From contig CM119373.1 in NCBI GenBank assembly GCA_051294905.1, positions 3,534,001 to 3,598,000 on the forward strand: a DNA stretch of 64,000 nt, given 5' to 3'. The DNA comes from Botryllus schlosseri. Its lineage: Eukaryota. Position numbers and translations under genes: made by a program. Below are positions 27,001 through 39,000 of this stretch, piece after piece. How positions within the stretch are numbered: position 1 is the stretch's first letter; the number at the start of each line of letters is the position of its first letter. The notes under the pieces are model-generated. The model was not told the DNA's origin, ran no database searches, and was given only the letters and a program-made list of their open reading frames with translations.

Positions 27001-30000
27001 ATGATATCCTGAGAAATCGAGTTCTTATCAGCCTATATACAGCCGAACGTATGATGCAATGCATTCTTAAAAGTTATTGAATGATTTTCGTCAGAAATAC
27101 CGATGCAGCAAGTACGAAGCCGTATTTTTGGGTTGTTTTTATACCTCCTCTTACCCCGCGTGACCTGATGAACAAGGAGGATCGGAGAGCAGTTTATGAC
27201 TGGAAAATTTTGAAGGCAAAAAAGCGCACTGCAACTTGAAAATGTATCTTAAAACTCTGCTCAAGATGTGGCTCAAATTTGAGGAATATGTCTTCGATCG
27301 AGCACCAAAATTTTCTGATAAACATTTCGAAAATTACGTTGGTGATACGATTGCTGATACAGCCTACAATGTTCTTTCCAATTCTGTAATAGTTGCTGAC
27401 GATTACCGCTGACGAGTGTCACCCGAAAATATTTCTGTTCATTTCAATAGCAATATACTATTCAGTTGTATACTGAACCTGACTACTTACCAACCAGAGC
27501 ATTGCAATCGTTATGATACAAGCAATGGAAAATCTGCGTCTGCACAGGGTTGAAATGGGAAAACTTGTACAGGCAGCGATATTCTTCCTTCAACGCCGTC
27601 ACAGGCAAAGGCTCCAAGTCCAAAAGTTCTACACAAAGGGTAAATTTGTAGGCGTTCAAAGCAGATACATACTATATTCAAGTAGCAGTAGCTTGAATCC
27701 ATACTTGCGGGTGCAAGCTCGGTAAAATTCATCAGCATTGCCACTCACATAGAAGCCAAGTCATAAGTTTCTACTCAATTACAAGTAAGATTGGGCGATT
27801 TAGTTATGAGTGCGTAAAATGACGCGACTCGAGTCAAATTCTGTATTGACTCGAACCAAGTCATACGACCCGAGACTAGGACGGCCAAGGCAGACATTTC
27901 CTTGTAACTTCAAAGAATAGTAAAGTCACCACACGATTAATATTACGTCTGTCAGTCCTGATACTTGGAAAATCATATTTAGTGATACGATTGTTGATAT
28001 ACAATATTCTTTCCAATTCTCTACTAGTTGCTGACGATTACCCCTGACGAGTGTCAGCCGAAAATATTCGGGTTCATTTCGATACCAATATATTATTCAA
28101 TTGTTTAAGTAGTTTTACTAGAAAACCAATAAGTAGGAGTGTAAGTAATCTGAAAATATATCCATTTGAGTATGTAATGGATGCAGCACAAGATATACTT
28201 CACAACTGACCAACTCTCCCAGTGAAAAATGAAAATTAGAGGTAATACAATCTCAGATACTATTGTACATAGATTTTAACACCTACCGTCTATGAATAAC
28301 TAAATAGCCCACACTAAAATTTAGGCTGTACCGCTGTACCTGTGTGCGGAGGATGGCGGTCCGGCAGTATCAGGTGCTGGAACGATATGGGACAGACGGC
28401 AGAAGCTCCCAGCCACCGGTCAGATTCCGCGTGCACCATGTATTGCGACGGTATCGGTTCGACGATGGGAATCGTGAAGACAAGTTGCTGGTTCTCCCTG
28501 TTTTCCACCTGGGAATATTCAATTACATGCACCATTGTATATTATTCGAATTTATCAGTACGAATGAAGAGGAAACTTGGACAACACACCTGTTAGTCGA
28601 CCGTAAAGAATACCATGCCCGTTCTAAATCACATTAAATATCATTTGGTATTTTTTTCAATCATACCTATTCCAATCTGCTTCCATGAATACATTCAGTA
28701 CAGTTGAACTTATCAACTCGAAGACTGGCACGGTACTAGGTGGAATAGATCAAATAAATTAATCGAATACAACTTATTTGTTGAATGATATCGTGTCTGA
28801 AATAGCTGGTTCATGGTGCAAAACTTGAAGATTGTTTTATTCACAACATCTGTTATATAAACACATATATCGAGCACTTGTCTATGAATGACACAACAAT
28901 CGAAATTACAGACAAATTTTACCTCATAGTTTTCCATATTGGTTTCACTTTTGGATTTAGTTGAATCCTTCACTGGGCCGAAAACTACTGATAAGAGGGC
29001 ACCACAATAGTCCTTGTGTTATATTAGGTGCGTCTTAACCATTTGACACCGGCGTGTCTATTTTTCTACATGCCGGTACGAGAGAAGGGTACCGTAATTG
29101 AAACCACGATATATTACATATTAATCGTGCTAGGTCGTTGCTGTTCATTTCTGTGAATAGATAATGTTCGTACAAGTTCATTTATACCTTGTTATTTGAT
29201 ATTTATTATATCGAAGACGTCGAAATCGTACATCAAACACCGTAGATAAATATGTTGCAAAATACACTGTGTCGGCAATTCGCGCGTCATTGACCACTCT
29301 CAGATAACGTTCTGTATGTTTCGTTCTAGCCGTCTTAGGGCATAGTTGTTACATTATGTGTATAGCTAGTGTCCATACAAGTCCACACGTATCTTCATAT
29401 CTGATATTAGTTACATCTAAGCTGATCAAAAGCTATGTGATAGGCCGCGTGACGAAAATATCCGCCGAAGCATCATTTCGCAGACACGGGCGTTCCTCAT
29501 ACCCGCCATATACACTGTCGTTTAGTTGGTTTTATTCGTCATAACCAGCTGTAGTTTGTTGCTATGAATAGCGATTGTCAGCTTCTGTTTTTATTTTCCT
29601 AAAGCAACTATACTAGTTAGTTCTATACCGCTCGAGGTTTCATTTGAAAATCGGGATGCGAATTCCGTCAGACTACCGTACCAGCTTCAAGCAGATGGCT
29701 GAATACCCGTTACATAACGTGAAATATATCGTGTTCTAATAGCCATAGACCTTCATAGATTGTGTCTGTGAATTGTTGTTGCCTATATGATTCTAAATTA
29801 TGGCTAATGGTCAAGTATAATTCGGAATACATACGATATTACTCAGGGATTATACCTACGCAAAAGCATGCGTCTGGGTATACAAAGAGCTGTAGTACAT
29901 CGATAAATATCTTACGTTGTAGTAATGATAAGCATTTGCAGTAAATCATTATGGTAAGGACTGTATAATATCCGTCTACGGATACTAAAATGACCGATTA

Positions 30001-33000
30001 TGGTTCACAACAATTTGAGTTATACGCCTTAGAAGTTACCACACCCGCGCATCACTCGCCATGACTCACTTTCTCGGAGGCCCGCCGCGAGCTGACTAAA
30101 ACGGTCGGTATTGTTTTGATTAGAAATTAGCGCCTGCTAGACGTAGACCGTCGACTCAGGGCTCACTAGAACGATGAATTCTGTACCTATACAATACACC
30201 AGACTGTATCGTTGTCGAATACCTATACTAAGGTTCATAAAGTACGCAATTTAGCATGTCTGTTCCCAACTAACGTATTTTCGGTTTGTTCTTCATATAA
30301 GTAATCAGACACGGCGTCGGTATTGATTTGAATGGCGCAATCGGCTACGCGTTGATATTTTGAATCGAACGATAACTTGGTTACAGTGTTCGGATCCCAG
30401 GAAGGTACCATTTTTCAATTTTGAAAAATGAAGTAAAATTTTTCGAAAATGGCAGCCGGTGCCAATCGGTTAAAATTGGATATTTTGACGAAAGCAATAC
30501 AGGGTTTATACAGCAATATTTTGAACTTGAGTTCAACTATTATGGTATGAAGTTGATATCGGTAAGATCCATCATCACAGTTCGCTGATCTTCCGTTTAA
30601 ACAAGCTTGCAGGACCAAAAACAGAAGAGTCTGCCTTCCATAATGTATAGGGCTTCAGAGGTAACTCACGTGCTTCATATGAAGGATATAATACTCGCTG
30701 TGGTACATTGTGTTGGTGTCAGGGTCTTCCACCCATATCCACCACGGTTCACCGCTGAGCCCGTGCACCTGAAGGACGAAAAATAAGCGAATTACAATTT
30801 GAAATGAATTCAAAGAAGCACTTTATGAATACACAGGCCCGCAAATATACTGCTTCTAAACAAATATTGATGTGAATTGTGCGACAGCTGAATTAAATCA
30901 ACTAACTGATGTGTGAGATAAGCATAAATTAACACTAATCCTGGGGTTAGCATAATTTGTTGGTTCACCATAGGGTTGTTATGACTCAAGTCGCAATTTT
31001 TGGTGACTTGACTTGACTCGAGCCAATTCTTGTATTGACTCGACTTGTACTCGAGTCATTGCGCACGACTCGAACCAAGTCATGTGACTCGAGACTAGGA
31101 CGGCCTATACAGACATTTCATTGCAACTTCGAAGAATAGTAAAGTAACCACATGATTGGTATTTCGTCTGTCTGTCCTGATACTTGGAAAATAGGGCCAG
31201 AAACTGTTGAAAATGAGGAAAATTACGATATTATGAATGCGAGCCATTCTATATCACCCGAAGGAGTTGAAAAAAGTAGGTTAAATCGGATTGAACGTGG
31301 ATCATAATGACTTGGACTCGGACTCGACCCTCTACTGGCTGACTTGGACTAGGACTTGACTCGGTGGAGCATTGAAAATGATTGACTTGACTCGAGTCAA
31401 AACTATAAAAGTGAGATAGACTTGTGACTCGGAGCCTTATGACTAATACTAGATACTGCTTCATTTACCTTTCGATGCCATTTGAACTTCGGAATGATCG
31501 TGACCCTGATGCGCAACACAGTCCTTGTGATCGGCTGAATTTGGGTTTCCAATTCGATGGCGGGAAATTCCTTGACGCAGGCCTTCACCATCGTGCCCAT
31601 CTTGGGGTGTCGGATCATGTGCCCTAGATGTAAGACGCTTAGCACAGACGTACAGAATCCAAAAACGTGAATCGAAGTAAGAAACAAAGTGTGCTGGAGT
31701 CCAAAATTTTGTCAAAATTGTAGCGGCAGGTCAAAACATTGCCAGAAATGAAGAGCAGAAGAGCAATTCTAACACCTAATTTACATACACGGGGGCAAAT
31801 TTTGTCAAAATCTAGTTTTTTAAGCTAAAAAAATGTAAAAATTCTCTTTTTTAGGTCAAAATCATTCGTTTTTTAGGTAAAAAAAAATCGCATAAGTGAT
31901 GAAATTGGTTCAAAAATTCAAATCCAATAAAATCAACATCTTGAAAAAATAGGTAGCGGTGATCGGGTGACTTGTCAATAAAAATTAGTTATCAAATAGC
32001 ATGTATAAATGGCCAAAGATAAAAGTGAAGATTAAGGCAACAAAGCTTGTTTTTGATAGCACAACAAATTTCGTCAAAATTACCCATTTTCTAAATTAGC
32101 ATATGCATGTATGGCAGTGTTTTTGCACTGTTACTTGAGCTGAGCTCGAAAGTAACGGACCTAGCCAAACTTCTTCACCAAAAATATTTCTTTGCCCCCT
32201 TGTCTGACAATGTCGCCCATTAACATAGAACGAGCCCTGCTTTGAGTGGGTAGCAGTACATACTTCAGAATATAATTTATATCGTGGCATAATAGGTCAT
32301 ACCCATCATGTTCATTAGTTACCGCTAGTGGTATCCATTCTTCAATCAGAGAGAATCTAATTTAATGAGCTGACAATGCGTCCACTACTTTTTTGCCATA
32401 AAAAATATTACAGTGTCTGAGTTTGAGACTAAGGCTTGTCAGGGAACGATTTCATGCGGTATGCAAGCGATTTGACGAATAGAAAGTAGGATATGTTAAA
32501 GTATGGAAGTATGGAGAATCTTTCCATACTATACTTGCACATTTCCATATTCCACACCAAAATTCTGTTCCACACCATACTATGCCTCGCTTATAGGTGA
32601 CAAATTCGTGATTTCACTCAAGTTGCCTGCTTTAGATATCAGCCATACCGATTTCTGACGCTGGCATGTCCTGCATTTTATCGATGGTGAGCCTTTGCTC
32701 CTTGAGCTTCCGCAGAGTGTCGTGCTTCAGGATTGGAAACTGGCATAGCGGGCTCTCGTCAAGCCACATCCTGCGTTCCACGCACTTGGACAGGTCCAGG
32801 AGACGCTTGGTGAGGAGAGGGTGGCCCTTTTTCACGGCGATGTCGAAGAGCCCGCGTACGATCCTACCGGCGTTCTGTGTGAAAACAGAACGGTTAAAGC
32901 GGCACTGCACTCTAAAAACGGTGTGGTCTCCAATTGAAGGGCAAAACGAAGAAAAAAAATTGGCCGCAGCCATTTTCCTCAGAACGCCACCAAAATGGAG

Positions 33001-36000
33001 CTGCAATGTATTGAAATTTCCACAAGTGTTTCACGCTCCAGCAATCACGCAGAGATCGAACTTTATATAGTTGTCAGCCGATGTTATGAAGGAAACATGT
33101 AGTACATGCCAAGGTGGTTTAGATACCGCGTTCAACGGAAGATGTCCAGTCGGGAGATTTATATCGAAATCGGGCCCAGTGTATTCTATTTCTTTAGAAC
33201 AGAAACAGATCATTTCTAACAATGTTACATACATGAGCAATGTTTTATACATAAGAATAGGACATGATATATTTCTGTCCTAAAGAAATAGACGACTATA
33301 TAAAGTTTGATCTCTGCGTGACTGCTGGAGCGTGAAACCCCTATGGAAATTTCAATACATTGCTGCTCCATCACGGTGGCGCTCTGAAGAAAATGGCTGC
33401 AGCCAAATTTTGTTTGTATTGCGCTTCAATTTGAGACCACATCGTTTTTAGAATGCAGTGCCCCTTTAACACACAATCGAATGCGAGTCTAGAGGTGGTG
33501 AAACTGGCCATCGTTTGGTGCCTGAGAAGAAGTAAACACAGAACTTCTAACTTTTTAAAACTTACAACTAGAACTAGAACTACTCATACAACTATTCGGC
33601 GTTCAGAACAGACTAAAAACTAGGTAGAACCAACTGATTTATCCTAACCTGAGCAATGTACATCAGGTCCGACGTCAGCGAGAAGCTTCTGACGGATCCC
33701 CGCGAGATATACGTCTGTAGCAGTATGTTGACTTTGCCGTACGTGTTCTCCGATCCACCGCCAGGTGGCACAACACACATCGTGTCGATTAGATCGTCCA
33801 GTTCATCTAATTCGTCATCACGCACCTAGGCAAGAAGAAAAATGCGTAAAATGACTCGACTTGAGTCGCGATTTCTCGGTGACTCGACTTGACTCGAGTC
33901 ATTTTCTGAAATGCGTAAAATGACTCGACTTGAGTCGCTATTTCTTGGAGACTAACTTGACTCGAGCCATATTTTAAAATGCGTAAAATGACTTGACTCT
34001 CGATTTTTTGGTGACTCAAGTCGAGTCATTTCTTCAAATGCGTAAAATGACTCGACTCGAGTCGCGATTTCTTGGTGACTCGACTTGACTCGAGTCATTT
34101 TTTCAAATGCGTGAAATGACTCGAGTCGCGATTTCTTGGTGACTCGACTTGACTCGAGTCATGCTTTCAGATGCATAAAATGACTCGACTCGAGTCGCAA
34201 TTTTTGGTGACTTGACTTGACTCGAGTCATTTTTTGAAATGCGTAAAATGACTTGACTCCAGATTTCTTGGTGATGCGACTTGACTCGAGTCATTTTTTC
34301 AAATGCGTAAAATTACACGACTTGAGTCGCAATTTTTTGGTGACTTGACTTGACTCGATTCATTTCTTGAAATGCGTAAAATGACTCGACTCCAGATTTT
34401 TTGGTGATGCGACTTGACTCGAGTCATTTTTTCAAATGCGTAAAATTGCTCGACTCGAACCAAGTCATATGACACCCAAGACCGACATTTCATTGTAACT
34501 TCGAAGAATAGTAAAGCTACATTATTGCTATCAGTCCTGATACTTTGGAACACAGTGCCAGAAACTGTTAAGACTGAGAAAAATTAGTATATTATGAGTG
34601 TGAGCCATTCTATATCACTCGAGCAAAGTTCAAAAAGCCTGTAACCCGTACTCGACCCTCTACTAGCTGACTTGGACTCGGTGGTGAATTGAAAATGACT
34701 CGACTTGACTCCAGTCAAAACTCTAAAAGTGAGATTGACTTGTGACTCGGAACCGTGTGACTTGGTTACAACCTCGCTACTTCCGGTTTCAAGCACGACC
34801 AAAGTAGTAACTGATGCTTCTGAAGAAGAAGTAAAAGCAATGCTAAAAATTGTGGAAGTAGAATCAGGAGAAAAGGGTAAAAAAGCAACTAAGTAAGTAC
34901 CATTGGGAGATAGTTTTATCAGTGTACCAACCTTGACTTGTTCGAACTCGCTGCACTTTGAAATCATCGCAAACACTCTCGACACGGGCATGGTGGCGCT
35001 GATCATTTCGTTAAAAGTTTCGATGGTGCTACAGTTGATGTAGTAATGGGACGCGGTCCTTCCGAGGTCGGTGGCGTTGAAGTAGCCTGCAAATACAATC
35101 GCAAAGAGTTTTGAATACATACTTTAAAAAAAATATATTGTTCTTATAAAATATGTCATCCTTTCCGAGTAGAGTCCGTATTTAATGTTTTATTAAACAA
35201 ATACAAAGCTTCTGACTGTCCCTGTAATAAGATTTTTGTGGCTCATACACAACATCATAACCGCCGACTCTTTCCTCGTCAGGATATCAAAGCATACAAC
35301 GACTTCCAGGATGCAATTGCTCATAATGAGTATGACCCATATCCATCTTCATAAAAATACTAGCATCAGCCAACTCTTGGGGATATTACCACCAACACAA
35401 TTGTTCCAAGTGAGAGGGTATACTGTCAGAATGAAGCAGCTGCTGTTGAACGTTATTTCTCCATTCTGGGAAAGCTACCTTTAATTATTTCTACCACATT
35501 ACGTGATGTAACTACTGGAAATCTTCACAGGGCCAGATTTCGTTAAAATAAAGTTTTTTCATGCCAAAATTTGTCAGTTTTTGAGTCTAAAAAGAATTTT
35601 CAGGCCAGACTACTTCGTAAGGACAGACCAGTTCCAACCACAAATGAAGATAAGTAGTACAATTATAACATTATTTGGGAAAAACACCTGATTTGCATAC
35701 GTTAGGTCAAAATTAAGTTTTTCAAGGTAAAAATTTGTCGAAACTTTGATTTTTTTTGTCAAAATCTTCCGTTTTTTAGGTAAAAAAAAATCGCCCTAGT
35801 CATAACTCATATGACTTCACTACTTGGTGAAAATGCAGACACGCTGTGTCTTCAAACCACAAGTACGCCGGTTGGAGGTCGACGTACTAGTTTCTTGGTA
35901 AGCTGGAATGTTATTGTATATAAATTAAGTTTATATGGGCTGTATCTTTCTAATTAGCACCACCAATTCGAAGTTCTAGTGGAAACATGGGGCATTTGCC

Positions 36001-39000
36001 ACCATCACGCTTATGAAAATCATGAAAATTCAGCGATTCTAATTTGAGTCTAATTTTAAAAAGACTTTATACTAATTGTAATTGTAACCTGTACGCTCGT
36101 TGAACCGAGCCATTTCGGCTTTCTCCAAATGTCTCCCGGCGATTTTGATCAATTCCGCCCGCCAACGTTCCAAAAGCGGATCGTCCTGAAAGGAATCATA
36201 ATTATGACGTGAAAACCGCTGGGAAATTATCGCTAGTGTTGAACTGAAACAGTACGCTCCATGTCACTAACAGATAATTTATCAACGGAAACTATAGTTT
36301 CAATCAGGTTTGTAACGACTTTGAGTCGCCATTTTTTATCGACTCGACTTGACTCAAGTCTTTTTCTTAAATATGGAAAATGACTCGACCCGTGTCAATT
36401 TGTGTATTGACTCGAGGCTCGACAAATTCTACATGACTTCTTCAAAACTTGTATACCGGGGGCGATAATTGAAAAACGGGCTTGAAAACTGTCTTTTATC
36501 TGTTCGAAAACATGTTTAGAGTGAGAAAAATGACTATATTATGAATCCGTGGCCTTCGTTTACACCCAAGAGTTTTACAGGAGTGATTTGAGGCTGACTT
36601 GATCTCGATACCGAACAGTAGTGAACTCTACGACTTGAACTCTGACTCGAGTCTGGGAACCTCTTCTTTGGTAATATTTCTCAAGGCGCACACAGCAAAC
36701 AGCTTGGTGAAAATACGCAGAGACAATAACTCACGCTGAGTTTGTCCCATGCAATCCCGTAATGCAATGGGTTCTTCTTCATTCTGGTAAAGAGATAAGT
36801 GTAGGACAGCCATTTCACGCCGTCCTCCACAGAGTTAACGGTGCCCAAACAAATCTAGGAAGAAAAACAAACAGTAATATTAACCAACTAGTAGAGAATT
36901 ACAAAGAACATGGTATATTCAAGCTATGACACCGTACCTCTGCGTTCAAATTGTCAGTGATCTTCGACACAAACTGCGATTCGATCGGGTTTTGCCTGGT
37001 GAGCAAGGCCAGATAGTGAGACAGCTTGGCGTGGGTCGTGATGATGGTCCCTTCTCCGGTGGTGTCGAACTGTGGACGCCCGGCTCTGCCGAATATCTGA
37101 AGAAAAATTTAGAATTATTATGACCGTAAGTTGGCGGCAAAGAGCAACCTCACTTCAGATTGTAATTTTTATTATAGCTACAGTTTTTTTCTAAATTAGA
37201 TTACAATTAAAATTGTAGCTACATTGTTTTTCAAAATTAGATTTGAATTTGAACTGTAGCTACATTTTTTACATCTCAGATTAGAATTTAAATTATAACT
37301 ACAGTTTCAAATTGCGGAAGCCCAGCTGTGCCGAATATCTGGGGAAAATTTAGAATTCTTATAACCATAAGTTGGCAGCCAAGAGCAACGTCACTTCAGA
37401 TTATATTTAGAATTATAGCTACACAGTTTTTTCCAAATTAGAATACAATTAGAATTGTAGCTACACGTATTTTTCAAATGAGGTAGGAATTTGAATTATA
37501 GCTACAGTTTTTTTTCCAAATTAGATTATAATTTGAACTATCGCTACAGCGCTGAATTGCGGACGCCCAAGCTCTACCGAATATCTGGGGGAAAATGTAG
37601 AATTATTATAGCCGTAAGTTGGCGGCAAAGAGCAATGTCACATCAGGTTATATTTACAATTATAGCTACACAGTTTTTTTAGATTACAATTAGAATTGTA
37701 GCTACATGGTCTTCCCAAATTAGATTGGAATTTGTATTATAGCTACACAGTTTTTTTTCCAAACTAGATTACAATTAGAATTGTAGCTACATGGTTTTTT
37801 CGAAATTGAATTGGAATTTGGATTATGGCTACACACTTTTTTTTCCAAACTAGATTACAATTAGAATTGTAGCTGAATGGTTTTTTCGAAATTGGATTGG
37901 AATGGGAATTATAGCGACACAGTTTTTTTCTCAATTAGACTGGAATTTAAACTAGAGCCACAGTTTTTTCAGAAGTAGATTTGAATTTGAATCAAAGTTA
38001 CAATTTTTTCTAAATTAGATTAGAATTTGAATTATAGCCACAGCGTCGAATTGCGGAAGCCCAGCTGTGCTGAATATCTGGGAAAAAATTAGTATAACCG
38101 TGAGTTGGCGGCAAAGAGCAACGTCTCTTCAGATAATAAGTAGAATTGTAGCTACACGTATTTTCTAAATTAGATTAGAATTTCAACTATAGCTACAGTG
38201 TCGAATTGCGGAAGCCCAGCTCTGCCGAATATCTGGGGAAAAATGTAGAATTATTATAACCGTGAGTTGGCAGCAAAGAGCAACATCACTTCAGATTATA
38301 ATGGGAATAATAGCTACACAGTTTTTTCTCCAAATTAGATTACAATTAGTACCGTAGATACAGTTTTGCCAAATCAGACTAGAATTAGAATGATAACTGC
38401 ACAGTTTTTCCAAATCAGATTAGAATTTGAACTATAGTTACAGTGTCGAATTAAGGACGCCGAGCTCTGCCAAATATCTGGGGAAAAATTTACAATTGTT
38501 ATATCCATAAGTTGGCAGCCAAGAGCAACGTCACTTCAGATTATATTTAGAATTATAGCTACACAGTTTTTTCCAAATTAGATTACAATTAGAATTGTAG
38601 CTAAACGTATTTTTCAAATGAGGTTGGAATTTGAATTATAGCTACAGTTTTTTTCCAAATTAGATTATAATTTGAACTATCGCTACAGCGCCGAATTGCG
38701 GACGCCCAAGCTCTACCGAATATCTGGGGAAAAATGTAGAATTATCATAGCCGTAATTTGGCAACAAAGAGCAACGTCACTTCAGATTATAATTGGAATT
38801 ATAGCAACAGTTTTTTCCAAATTAGAATACAATTAGAATTGTAGTTACATAGTTTTGTCTAATTAGATTTGAATTATAACTACTTGGGTTTTTCCAAATT
38901 CCATTAGAATAGGAATTATATCGACAGTTTTTGATGAATTAATCTAGAATTGGAATTATGGCTATACATTTTTTCAAAATTAGATAGGAATTATAATGAA

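Noticed and set aside
33838-34460. Regularly spaced repeats resembling a CRISPR array (also 37097-39045)
   Set aside because: Units are contiguous with no unique spacers, derive from a MITE end or an intron/exon junction, and the context is eukaryotic with no cas genes
34584-35120. 178-aa minus-strand ORF
   Set aside because: Only 34932-35086 is the ASCC3 exon; the remainder runs through the intron and an R1 MITE
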